From assembly GCA_000182565.2 (NCBI GenBank), contig KQ257451.1: a stretch of DNA of 64,000 nt; one strand, given 5' to 3'. Below, one piece after another: positions 51,484-64,000 of the stretch. The position numbers and the translations under genes are program-made. The notes below the pieces were generated by a model. The model did no database searches, was not told the DNA's origin, and worked only from the letters and a program-made list of their open reading frames with translations. The stretch is from Spizellomyces punctatus DAOM BR117 (Eukaryota). Position 1 is the first letter of the stretch, and each line of letters starts with the position of its first letter.

Positions 51484-52463
51484 GCACCGTGTTTATTTCC
51501 CCCAAAACCACCAAGTAGCGTACCAAGACTTGCGTGGCGTCAAGGCCTCCACACTAGAGGCTGCTTGAAGCACTTTCTGGTTCAGATTTTGAAGCAAATG
51601 GTTTTCAGATCCGACCAGGAAAAAGCAAAGGCGAATCTTGGGCAGGTCGAACAGTATCCTCAAAGTGGTGGATCCAGCCGGCTAAGGCTTCAACCATCCA
51701 AATTGATTAATAAATAAATCCACAATATAATGACACTTACTCCATTCGACTGCTTACCCAGTCAGCGTCTCTGCTGAATGCACGCGGTCTCCCAGCCAAT
51801 TTGTCTGCGCAAACGTTTACAACGGCCGAGCAATTCCCTTGTTGAGCCGTTTTATCCCGTGGATGGTCTGACGATCAGTGGTCGTCCAAATGGCCCAACG
51901 ACACCAGACGGCGGACATCTCCAACTGCGAGCGATGGGATGGAATATTCAAAATAGGGCAGGTTCCGATGGCAACTATTATGGAACAAAGAGTTTTCTTG
52001 TTCCTGCTCAATATCGGAACATTGTTAGGCCTGTAAAATGATCTTTCTGCAACGGAGTTGGTTGAGTTCAACTTGCCCGCAAATGCCGATTCCAATGCCA
52101 CGGCAAGGTTTCTTCTAGGGCACGTGACCGTCGCCTGACTAAGCCACACACTTGTTCATCTCCGACTGTTACGTACGTGGGAGTAGAGCGACTACCCGCG
52201 AGAGATGGACAGAAGCGTGATCTGATGTTGCACTGATACTCGCCAAAGTTGCGCTTTATCGCTCTATAAAGGGGCAATATAGTAGGATTCAATGAGTATG
52301 ATAGGACTTAATCCTTCTTACGGAATCGATTGAGCAGCAGCGATTAGTTGTTGCGTTATATTAACATCAAGTAACATTTTTGAGTGCTATTAATGCTGCA
52401 GCTGGGGACGTAGAATTTGTTATCTAACTGCCAATCCTTGCAGGTTACATACAGAGTGCACTG

Positions 52464-52960
52464 TTACGTAATGATATCACGGAGAGGGTGACGGTTTTTT
52501 GGCAGATGAGGAATGGCGGGTAGATCAATTCTTCCATCCTCAAAAGCAGGAACCCTCAAATCATACGGGTTGCGCTGGATATTATATACTATCGTGGACA
52601 AATCCAGATAGCAGACAAGCTCACCAGCAGGTAGGCTCTTTGTGTAGAGCGTGGGCATAAAGCGGGCTCCACATTCTACTTCAGACCTTAAAAATCCCTT
52701 GTCGAAGGATTCGTTGGATGCCGCAGAAAACCCGATTTTGAGCGGATGTTCCGAAAAGTCCTCACAGAGTCCAATATGCCATCTGCCTGATGCATCCATC
52801 TTCGTGTCCTTTGTAATCTTCTTGTAAATGTTTCCGCTGAGAATCCGCTTCTCTATTTCATCGCTCCCTTCACGAAAAGGGAATAGTTCTCAAAAAGTCC
52901 AATATGCCACCTGCCAGATGCATCCATTTTTGTGTCCTTTGTAATCTTCAATGTTTCCGT
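52464..52960 (-). pseudogene. Fragmentary coding-like relic with an internal partial tandem duplication
   Basis: Encodes FPFREGSDEIEKRILSGNIYKKITKDTKMDASGRWHIGL. A second partial copy lies at 52899-52960, and there is no clean start. Confidence 0.5.
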
Positions 52961-53387
52961 CCAATTGCGTATTTGCTAATCATTGGGCGTCCAGACCTGG
53001 GCGTTCCTCTCGTTGTACGAAAGTGAGGTCAATCTGTCATCAGCACGCAAGAGTCCACGGGGAGTGCAGGGAACCCTTTTTGCCAAAACGAGTGAGATGG
53101 AAAGGGGGGGAGATGGAAAGACGTGTTCCGCGTGTCCTGTGTGTTTATAATTGTAATGAAATCATACAAAATTAATAATAAGAAATGCGATTGAGAATAA
53201 CAAATAATCCATAACAATAACATTCTTACCAATATTCATCCCTAGAAGCAATATGTTAGCCATCTTAATAGGAAATGTCATGAATCCATTCCATACTAAC
53301 CAGCAGTCCAAGTCCGTGTGTCACGTCAAAGACAAGACACCCCTCGCAAAGGTTGGACCATCATAGTATAGGTCTTGTAATAACGAG

Positions 53388-53427
53388 TTGTTGTTGTTGT
53401 TGTAATAGAGAAAAAGAAAAGTGCCTC

Positions 53428-53458
<31 letters not shown>
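53388..53458. repeat. (TTG)n and (TTTC)n microsatellites
   Basis: Directly visible. Confidence 0.9.
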
Positions 53459-53724
53459 CCTTGTTGCAGAAAGAAAAAGATGAAAGTATTCCCACGTGCA
53501 AGTAGAGGATTCTTTTATATAAAGCATTGGGTCAAGTTCCCCCCGGTCAGCTTGCTGTAGCCTACATTTGAATTTATTGTTAAAAACAAATCATTCAACC
53601 ATGTACGTAAACAAACGACGCACCTTTGAGAAAGTACCCAACAATGCCGAGTCGGAGGCATACTTTGTGGAAGTTGTTGGGATTAATCCCAACGTTGGCG
53701 GCAAATTCACGTCGCGTGAGTTTG

Positions 53725-54186
53725 AATAGTCAATGCTCTTGGAGTCTACTTGCCTATTCTCACAGCATTCATAGCACGTAGAGGATGGACAACTTGCGAG
53801 GCTTTTGACCCGGACACCGGGGTTAAGTGCTCTGTGGAAGCCCGTAGGCCCTCTACAGAACGCTTTGCCCTTTGTGCGCGGCACATCGTGGAAGAGAGGT
53901 CTCACCACCTCTTGCTCGTGAGGTAGATAATATCAGTAGTCCAATGAATGGATTTTATGTAGCTGACCTTGTCTTTAGGGAGTGGCTCTCCACATACCCG
54001 TTTCCTGAAGGGAGCGATGAAAATGAGAAGCGGATTCTCACCGGAAACATCTACAAGAAGATTACAAAGATGGATGCATCAGACAGGTGGCATACTGGGC
54101 TTCGTAATGACTTGGTGGATGCTTGGCTTGAGATGCACCCTTTGTCTGAGCTCCTTGACCTCATCTCAGCTTATGATAATGAATAG
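53725..54186 (+). pseudogene. Frameshifted relic, paralogous (inverted) to 52771-52880
   Basis: Encodes YPFPEGSDENEKRILTGNIYKKITKMDASDRWHTGL, and the DNA is highly similar to the minus-strand copy. Confidence 0.5.
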
Positions 54187-54407
54187 ACCTCATTTCTAAT
54201 AAATAAATACCTCATATTCGCTTCTTTCTTGTCCAAAAATATATCCGACTCTACTCAATGCAAATGCTTCATGTCCTGTTTTCCCAATAGCTTCCCTCGG
54301 CCGATCCAGTTCAAGTCGCGCTCTGTCGTGTTACATAAGCATTTGTCCGACCAAAGATTCAGTTTGTTGGGAATTTACACCGTCGTCGACCAGCGAACTT
54401 GCAAAAG

Positions 54408-55862
54408 ATGGCAGCAACCGCCCACCCATCCCATATCGTTGCCGACTACTACAAAACCCTCGGAGTCGACAGATCCGTGGATGATGCTGGCATCAAGAAA
54501 GCTTATCGTAAACTTGCGTTAAAGGTGTGTGGAGGAACTGCCTACCAACGGCTATCGTCAACGACTTTCAATTAATTGGCCTGCCCAGTATCATCCCGAA
54601 AAAAACATTTCTCCAGAGGCCATTCAACAGTTTCTGGCGATTGGTGAAGCCTATGATGTTCTACACGATGGTGAGAGATGGTGGTTGGTTGTTAGGAATG
54701 CAGTGCAGTTTCTCATGGGACGCCCTTTAATAGCCAAAAAGCGTGCAATATATGATCAGTATGGACCCAACGGACTGAAAAATGGGGTTCCAGCTAGAGA
54801 AGGTAAGAAAGAATACGATCACTTTGAGTGCCTCGCTTGGGTTGGCCAATCTACGACCGATGCTGATCGTTTCTTTCTCGCAGGTTTCGAGGGATTTCCT
54901 GGAGGATATCAATATCATGGCAACCCAGAGGAAACGTTTGCCCAGTTTTTTGGAGGGAAGAATCCGTTTGCTGGTACGTTGAGAGCTTATATAGTGTACC
55001 ATCACTGTTCATACTAATAGCCATCCAATATTGCCAGATTTCTTTGCAGTCCACACAGGAGTGCCTGGACCATCACAGGATCCCACCGCCTCTACATTCG
55101 GTCCCAGATTTGGTGGCCTTCATGGCATGAACCGTCCCGCAGATCAAGCAAATCCTCTCACTGGCCCAGTACAAGACCCACCTGTCGAGCATGACCTTGA
55201 ACTAACATTGGAAGAGTTATATTTGGGGACAGTGAAAAAAATGAAGATTTCCCGAAAGGTATATATTATTTCTCAACCAATTTCGCTTATCCGCACTGCT
55301 TCTCATTTTACGCATAAACACAGGTCCTAAACGACGACAACACAACCACAAGCTCAGTGGAAAAGCTTCTCACCATAGACGTCCGTAAAGGATGGCGTTC
55401 AGGGACTAGAATTACCTTCCCACGAGAAGGCGATCAAGGACCAAACAAAATCCCTGCAGATATCGTGTTTATCGTCAAAGAGGCCCCTCATGAGCGGTTT
55501 ATTCGACAAGCAAATGATTTGATCTTCAAGGCGGATATTCCATTGTATAAAGCCCTCACTGGATCCATTGTGGAAATCAAAACCCTCGATGGACGGATTT
55601 TGAAAATCCCAGTCAATGATATCGTGCAGTACGTGAATGTGACCTTTTGCTGGCAATGTCTTTATAGTAGCTCATCGACTGACGAAATTTGGGATCCATT
55701 TTTTTTAGCCCGGATTATACAAAGCAAGTTCCAAATGAAGGCATGCCTCTTTCCAAGAACCCCGACAGCCGTGGAAAATTACTGATTAAATTCAACCTTA
55801 AATTTCCTACATATCTCAACGAAGATCAAAAGAAGCTGCTAAGGGAAGCATTAGCCGTATAA
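54408..55862 (+). CDS. DNAJB13: DnaJ/Hsp40 subfamily B member 13 (radial spoke RSP16-like)
   Basis: J-domain with HPE in place of [72 protein letters not shown]. Confidence 0.88.
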
Positions 55863-56045
55863 AGATTCAGTAATTGTGTAAATATAATGTACTCTCCCAT
55901 GAAGCTTCTCGGTTTATTTACTCGTTCATAGCCCTTCCATAGCTCTTAACTACGTCCGTCGCCTAGGACAAGTTCAACTAGAACAAGTACCAAAATCGCA
56001 TATAATACACTCCTTGTCATTTGGCAATCGGCTATTTACAGATAT

Positions 56046-57053
56046 CTAACTGACGAGGATCGGTCGCACCGCCAACGTCGTACACACTATCAAAATGACA
56101 AAATCTATCAGTAAAGCAATGGCACAGCCGTACTCAATGGATGATGGCGTCAAGAGCGTCTAGGTAATGGAAAAAATGATATTAGTCAAGATATCCCGTC
56201 ATCGAACGTTCTCATGTACACACCCCATATGATGCTGCATAGTGAGAGATCATCACGAAACCAAACGGTAGCCATTGCCCACGGTACCAGCCATCGAATG
56301 CAACCATATTCCAGACACTATGAAGAAATATAAATAGGCAGGTCGTCAATGCTGGGATGATAAATGATAAGTACATGCTTTTGAGACGTATGTCGACGAC
56401 AAGTTGAGGTTTACATACCTCCCACAAAAAACACATCCATTCCAGGACATGAATTGCAAGCAAGTATAGCTGGGCCAGCCGATTCAGCCAATTGTGATAA
56501 ATACAACGTCAACCCGCTCATGATTCCAAATCCCAATCCAGTCACTGTTATAGAAAATCAGAATATCGGTATCAAAAGTTATCATGCACAAGTGACATAC
56601 CAAAGGCATTGGCAGGTCGGTTTAATGGAGAGTTTGGAGTCTTTGCAATGATATTTAGACCCTTCTCGGCTTTACTGTAGACAAAAATCAGTTTTCAGAA
56701 ACAATTCAAAATCGTTTTCTACAATGGTTACCATACCTCATGAGTTTGAAGAATAGGAATCTAAACAGCTCTTGTAATGTAACAGCGACAAATATGGTAC
56801 CGACAGGAACATTTTGTAAAGGTTTGATAAGATACCAAAATACAGAAGAAAAAAGGATGGACAAGAGCCAGAAAAATGCACTGTACAAGGTCCCAGTCAG
56901 TTTATCAACATTGTGTGCCCAATATCATGTTTTTACGTACCTTGTCATGAGAAGAATAACAAGCTGAGCATTCCTTGCTACATACAGTAGAAAAACTGCA
57001 AGGGCTGGACCGTAGGCTGTTAACGCATTACCAAAAAAGCTAATAAGCGTCAT
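56046..57053 (-). CDS. APH1: Gamma-secretase subunit APH-1
   Basis: MTLISFFGNALTAYGPALA, SAFFWLLSIL, LQELFRF, KAEKGL, GLGFGIMSG, SAGP, LHSVW, SHYAAS; about seven hydrophobic segments. Confidence 0.93.
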
Positions 57054-57263
57054 GGAGAGAAAATGGTTTGTTGAGATCGCGGCAGAGAGTCTGGTGCTTG
57101 GTCATTTTGTGGTTTTGTAAGCCGCGTACTGTACGGCTTTGTGTTTTCTTGGTTTCTATTTCTTTAATCTGTTTTTCTACATTCTCTGCATTCATGCAAT
57201 AAACATTGACATTCCACCTCCTCCCAACGAACCATTGATGCACCCACCTCTCCCCATTACACC

Positions 57264-58642
57264 ATGCCCCAAGAACCCACACCCCATACCATAAAACGTA
57301 ACTCCATATCNNNNNNNNNNNNNNNNNNNNNNNNNNNNNNNNNNNNNNNNNNNNNNNNNNNNNNNNNNNNNNNNNNNNNNNNNNNNNNNNNNNNNNNNNN
57401 NNNNNNNNNNNNNNNNNNNNNNNNNNNNNNNNNNNNNNNNNNNNNNNNNNNNNNNNNNNNNNNNNNNNNNNNNNNNNNNNNNNNNNNNNNNNNNNNNNNN
57501 NNNNNNNNNNNNNNNNNNNNNNNNNNNNNNNNNNNNNNNNNNNNNNNNNNNNNNNNNNNNNNNNNNNNNNNNNNNNNNNNNNNNNNNNNNNNNNNNNNNN
57601 NNNNNNNNNNNNNNNNNNNNNNNNNNNNNNNNNNNNNNNNNNNNNNNNNNNNNNNNNNNNNNNNNNNNNNNNNNNNNNNNNNNNNNNNNNNNNNNNNNNN
57701 NNNNNNNNNNNNNNNNNNNNNNNNNNNNNNNNNNNNNNNNNNNNNNNNNNNNNNNNNNNNNNNNNNNNNNNNNNNNNNNNNNNNNNNNNNNNNNNNNNNN
57801 NNNNNNNNNNNNNNNNNNNNNNNNNNNNNNNNNNNNNNNNNNNNNNNNNNNNNNNNNNNNNNNNNNNNNNNNNNNNNNNNNNNNNNNNNNNNNNNNNNNN
57901 NNNNNNNNNNNNNNNNNNNNNNNNNNNNNNNNNNNNNNNNNNNNNNNNNNNNNNNNNNNNNNNNNNNNNNNNNNNNNNNNNNNNNNNNNNNNNNNNNNNN
58001 NNNNNNNNNNNNNNNNNNNNNNNNNNNNNNNNNNNNNNNNNNNNNNNNNNNNNNNNNNNNNNNNNNNNNNNNNNNNNNNNNNNNNNNNNNNNNNNNNNNN
58101 NNNNNNNNNNNNNNNNNNNNNNNNNNNNNNNNNNNNNNNNNNNNNNNNNNNNNNNNNNNNNNNNNNNNNNNNNNNNNNNNNNNNNNNNNNNNNNNNNNNN
58201 NNNNNNNNNNNNNNNNNNNNNNNNNNNNNNNNNNNNNNNNNNNNNNNNNAAACTGTTGGATAGTACCGAGTACGTTTTACTGTACTATTTACATCCTTGC
58301 CATATCTTATCCATATTTATGCAGAGTGTATACCCCAGATTTACGTTTCTGACTATTCACGGCCTTGGAGCGGCTATTACCCGAGCTATTGAACTTGCAT
58401 TGTCCTTGCGTGAAAAGAATCCTGATCGGATAGCATGGACGATAACGACTTCTAGTGTGGTCTTGGTAGATGATATTGAACCAGAGGATGTGGTATGTCG
58501 TTTTGGTGTGCGTGTTGGGAGGAGAGGTCTGCGGCTAACGCACGCAAAATGATAGGAAGCCGATATCTATTCCGAACCAAGACAAAATTCGGCGATACAC
58601 ATCCGTGTGGTAAAAGTAGGGACGTCGCCCAAGCTTGAGTAG
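57264..58642 (+). CDS. POP7: RNase P/MRP subunit POP7/RPP20 (Alba fold), interrupted by a gap
   Basis: IHGLGAAITRAIELAL, TSSVVLVDDIEP, RQNSAIHIRV. Start 57264 is tentative. Confidence 0.85.
57311..58249. other. Assembly gap (N run)
   Basis: Run of n. Confidence 1.
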
Positions 58643-58741
58643 GATTAAATGTGCAGTTGCAAATCCGCACTTGTCGCTCATGTAAGGCAAAAAAAGGCAG
58701 CGTATATTGTAATATAGCATGGTCATATGAGAGCAAACAAT

Positions 58742-61700
58742 CTATGTATAAGCAGGGGATTGACCGACAGGCGGCGCCACATTCTTTTGTGAAAGGGTAA
58801 TCTTGTCTCCAAGGCTGAGAGCTATTCCTTGAGTCTTGCTTCGAATGCGAATGTGTCCAGTAATCGCGTCATCCTGCTTCTCTAGGCAGATATTCGCCAA
58901 GGCATCTTCCCCAAATATACTTCGTGCGTACATATTTGCTGCCAAAAATCCGCATTCGCCAGATAATGCGTGTTCTGGCGTTAAGCAATTCATGTTTGTT
59001 GATCTCAAGATGTGGTCGAGGTACTCCCGGAGGTCACTTTTGTATAACAATTAGCCACGGAGCAAACGCAGAAAAAGACATTTATAAACTCACGTTATGT
59101 TCGTATTCACATTGACTTTGTTCTCCCACTCAAACTCGCTCCACATCATTCGGAACTGTGTAATAGCGAGAGTTATGACAATGCATGGCCAAAACCTGAA
59201 TTGTACGCCGTGTTTACCTGTGTTTCAGTGCATGATGCGGGCTTGATATAGTCCATAATATCAATATGCACATCATTCAATATGACACAGTTGGTGTCTG
59301 AAGTGGACGGGCCATCGTAGACAATGTTTCCAAAAATCACACCAGTCTCCGTCGAAGACACCTATAATCCGACCACACCGATGGGTCAACAGCTGGAAAC
59401 ATTTATTGGGTTAACGTGAGGAAGTCTCACCTTGATATTGGCCTTGATACCATGGAATCCATGTGGGCCAATTGTATATGGCGCCGGTCGCTCGACAAGT
59501 TTAAGATCACCAAGAGTCGAAAATTCAACAGTGAGGTTCTGCAGCGTCTCGCTCGTTTGATTTACAATGAGAATATCTGCGTAAATGAACCATCCTAAGC
59601 AAAGTGTGTGTCGGCCACAAAAGAGGCAAATGGTTACATACCGAGCAAAATATCATATTGATGTACATTGACATATGCCTCGGCATACACAGGATCCGAA
59701 AAGCCTATGACAAAAACGTCAGCACAATGCAGAGGTACCGCTAATTCAGGAAACGTTTTCACCTGTCAATTGTACCACCCGACTCAGCTTGGAGGCCAGA
59801 TTATCAGAGCGATCCGCTACACCTGTGGCTCTCGTGATGTCCAGCTCATACTGAAAGGCACCTGGTTTCAGTAACACTCTAATTTTGAATTCAAGCTTCG
59901 TTCCATGATCTACCTCGTCTGTACCGTCAGCGGTGCTTCGCTTCGATTTCAGTTGTCGGAAGAAGATGGCATCGTCGGCGTGTACCTTAACTTCCTTCTT
60001 TTCTGCGGCTTTCTTCTTATTCACTTTCTGTGGGGAGGTACGCGATGTGAACATTCAACGTTCTACATGCAAGCCCCATATCCAAACGACGATAAGACTT
60101 ACATCTTGGGACTGAACCAGCTGACTGAAAGCACGTCTACAATCCGCCAAAAAGATTTCTCGCATCATGTCGTCCTCAGGAATCAAGGAGAGGGTGCGCA
60201 AGCAGGTCGTAATCCGATCGTGAGAGTCCTCGTCAATAGGGGCCGATGGGAAATCTGAACGGCCGACGCGAATTATGCTTGTCATAATCAACATCGCCTT
60301 ATGATAGCAGTTAGAACACAGTATTATACAGTTATATCAGCTTCTCGGAGACGACTTACTTCCGATTTCAGTGTGTTGACTTTGACTTGGTCACCATTGA
60401 TCTCAGCGTACCGCAGAACCAGTTTCGTGAGAGCCGTCGAGAGGACAGCTCCCAGGAAGTAGTCACCGTTCAGGAGAAGAGCTACACAACAGCTCTATTT
60501 AGCAAATGTCGATCAGCACGCGGATATACCATAACTAACCTCGAAGTGGCGGCTTGTAGGCCGCTTTGACCGCATCTAGTTTTGCCTTGTCCGTAGCTTT
60601 CGACGAAAATGCACTCTCCGTAGCGTAGGTGCCATCCGCTAGAACCCGGCGCGCTGTTGAAGTAACCTCTGCGGGCCTGCTTTCCGCGGCGGCTGGTTGA
60701 TCTGAGTGAGCCTCCTCCAATAAACGCTACGGCAGAATATTCTTAAAATTGCGGTAGGAATGAACGCCAAAGATTTCTCCACACACCTGCTCCGATGCCA
60801 AGATTGGAATCTCCCCTAGTGCGCTGCGTACTTGTCTCATGGTTTCCTCAATAGCTAAAAGTTTTTTTGTCACGCACAAAATTCAAAAGTCTACCTAAGT
60901 TTTAAACTCACCAGGTATATCTAGTGCGTATTCACCAATGATCCATAGCGCACCACGGAAGACTCGTCCGGTTTTCATATCCATGAACGTCTGGAGAAGC
61001 TTTTCTATAATGCTCGGCCGCAGATCAGGGAATTTCTCCATCACCTCACTAGTTCTGGGTTAGTCACATCTCCCAAGGCAAACAATTAATCCATTACACG
61101 CACCGAACAAACGCCATTACATCTACGGCTGCTGCATTGTTCGATTCTCCCAAAAACTCCATGAGAACGTGCACAACATCAGCAGCAACCTCTGAAAATT
61201 TGATCGCACAGGAATGGATGGCATTAATAAGTAGCTGTCGGTACTCGTTATTCTAAGCGAAAAGAAGCCGTGCCTCCGCATTAGCAAGAACCAATTTGAG
61301 GAATCTTTGACCTCCCGCTAGTCTACCTTTTCGTACTCTTGGTCATGGGTTTTCACCAAATCTTTCTTCAAGGCTCCAACAACTTCGTTTACATTTCTGC
61401 TGGTTACCATTTCCAGCGCAATCTTCAAGCATTTCCGACGGACTTCAATGTCGGGACTAGACATGTTGTAAGCAAGCGTGCCAAAACTTGCATCAGCGGC
61501 TCGAAACTACCAACCTGCTCAATACGCGGAGTATATCCATAACCAAATCTTCAAGCACGCGGTCGTGCTTTTCCCGCAGTTCATTAATTCGCTCCAAAAC
61601 GATCAATTTCACGTTATTGTCAGACTCTTTCAGCGCGAGTTCGATGTAACATGAGGCCGCGGCGCGAACTGCTGAGGTATGGGATGTCAACGCGATCAAG

Positions 61701-62804
61701 GTGTTTGCTGCTTCATATTTGACTGAGTGGGACGAGGAATGCAGCAGAGAGAAGATACATTGTATGTATTTCGCCTGTAAGATAGTTTAAGTTTATGTCA
61801 TGCTGGCTTGTCTAATGAAAACGCATCACGCACCTTATCAGCAGTGGGGTTTCGGCAGTCCTTGCGAATCAACTCAATCACAGACAGCTGCAGAAGTTCG
61901 TCAAAGGCTGGTATCTGATTGAAAACCGTATTCAAATATTGGACCGCCAATGCTTGTTTTGTGTTCATCAACATCATGAATGCGTTCCTTTTGCAGTTTT
62001 GATCCGTTTCCTATTTGCGAACGTTAATTTTAGAAGCGTTCTGCCGCCTGGAGTCACAAGCCAGGGCGTACATTCGTCAAGTATGTCTGGATCAGCTCTG
62101 GGGCATCTGGGATCAGATATTCAAAATACTTGAAGATGGAGAAGATGGCCAAAACAGCATTTTTTCTGACATAAGGATGACGATGTTCCTACACACTGCA
62201 TGAGCAATCATTGGAGGAATGGTTGATATGTATGGTTCTTACCAAGCAGGTGCGGACAGCTGGGACCAACGGCTCAAGTAACTCTGCTTCGCGAAGCTTG
62301 CATAGAAATCTTAATGTGCTACCCCGCACAAATTCATTTGGATGGAGAATGTCCGTTCGAAGGTTGTTACTATAAGCCGCGGCAGAGACGATTGCTTCAG
62401 TAACTTATCGTGGACCGACACCTCCTTGTTATCGTGAACTCACCAAACGAGCACCATTTCCTGCTTCAATTTTCCGTCAGGGTTCGTCTTGGGACAGATT
62501 TCCCAGTAAATCAGTAGCAGCTTCTTGAGCGCCTTGTTCTTTGACGGCACGACAAATCGGATGACATGCATGAGCAATTGCGAAAGAGGGTCTCCATTCA
62601 GCATGATAAGAAGGATCTTCTTCATGGTCTCAATCTTTTGTTCATCTTTGCCAGTCTCCAGCTGCTTTCGCAGCTCCTGTACGGTGGGCTGCTCCTTATC
62701 ATCTAGCGGTAGTCGTTACCACGACCGCCTTGCAATACCATTCCAGCAGCGCGTCCTTACATACCATCCTGCTGGATTACAGTGTAGGCGTTCTGGTCCG
62801 CCAT
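58742..62804 (-). CDS. SEC26: Coatomer subunit beta
   Basis: [82 protein letters not shown]. Confidence 0.97.
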
Positions 62805-63031
62805 CGTGCGATAGTTTCACGCGAGAAAAACAACACCTCGGATGCCAGGATACGTTCCGCCTTTGTGTGCTTTCTGGGAAGGAATGAAACCCCCACGCGC
62901 GGACGGAATCTAGTCTTGAGAGCGGTTCACGGCGTGTAGTTGCTTGCCTTTGGTGGCACGGGTACATCACGTGGACATGGCCTGCCTTTGCAGTGTCCAA
63001 TTTCTCGCCTGGGTAGAGATCACCAATTGAA

Positions 63032-64000
63032 ATGACCGAGGCGGAGAAAAACGACGCATGTAGCGGAGTCGCGGTCGATGCAGCTCAAGTATCCGACCTC
63101 AAACGACCAGTATCCGAACTATCTGATACTACTCCAGGGGAACATGATGAGCCAATTGGGAAGAAGATAAAGGTGGAGCCAATAGAGACCGCAACCGCCG
63201 ACGCCTGTGACACTGAAGAGCAAGTGACGAAAAGCCACGACGGTACCTTCGAATCAGCAGATCAGCAGGAAATCAAAGACGAAGGATGTAGCTCGCCGGA
63301 CGTGAAAACAAAGCAGCCATCGGCAAAAAAGGGCAGAAAGCAAGGTCGAGTTTGGGTTCCAAGAGAAGATACGGGAGAGCCTAAAGAACCAAAGCTACCT
63401 AAAAGAAAAGTGGCTCTTTTGATGGGTTATTGTGGAACTGGGTATAATGGAATGCAAATGTAAGCTTGCAGATATTGTCAGCCCGTGCAAAGGTCAGAGC
63501 TGACAGAGGGTGAATATGGTCATAGTAACCCTGGAGTAGAGACTATCGAGCTCGAGCTTCACAAGGCGCTGGCTGCCGCCGGAGCTGTTAGCAAAGATAA
63601 TGCGATGGACCCACATAAGGTTTTTGGTGCTTGATTTCACCCTACCATCGGTCGTTTCTTAAGCCGTCGTCAGATCGCATTCATGAGGGCTGCAAGAACG
63701 GACAAGGGAGTACATGCTGCTGGGCAGGTATGCTCTCTCAAAATGATAATCGAAGATCCGGATATTGTTACGAAGATAAACAGTCATTTACCTGAGCAAA
63801 TTCGTATTTGGGGTAAGCTATTGTAAAGCTTCTTGATAGTATACTCGGCTCAATATGAACTTTATGTTATAGGCTTTGTAAGGACAAATCGCTCATTCCA
63901 CGCCAAAAATGCTTGCGATGCACGTATCTACGAATACTTCTTGCCGACATATGTACTTCAGGCGGTAGATCCACGTCTGTATCCGTTGAGCGCGGTTGGA
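63032..64000 (+). CDS. PUS1: tRNA pseudouridine synthase 1, 3' partial
   Basis: [47 protein letters not shown]. Confidence 0.95.

Overview
Gene-dense, intron-rich eukaryotic DNA with short GT-AG introns and two N gaps. It is most consistent with a zoosporic (chytrid-like) fungus: it carries fungal-type PHO81/NUC-2, CreC and BUR1 together with a flagellar radial-spoke DNAJB13. The taxon is inferred, not searched. About 24 protein-coding genes were read by hand-splicing, many in tight head-to-head pairs. Housekeeping calls: FG nucleoporin, acyl-CoA dehydrogenase, hexokinase, BUR1/CDK9, PAN2, OMS1-like methyltransferase, RPA12, eIF2A, class-III aminotransferase, RPN3, CreC/WDR20, PHO81/NUC-2, POP7, beta-COP and PUS1. 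Most notable: (1) a NELF-C/D (TH1) homologue, a Pol II pausing factor absent from model yeasts; (2) a gamma-secretase APH-1 subunit; (3) a divergent, intronless pair of an N-anchored hexokinase and an unsecreted, bacterial-looking GH15 hydrolase; (4) two small spliced genes missed or misread by the ORF track; (5) a 2.6 kb relic island with inverted coding-like repeats. All family calls come from motif recognition, and exon boundaries are manual estimates.
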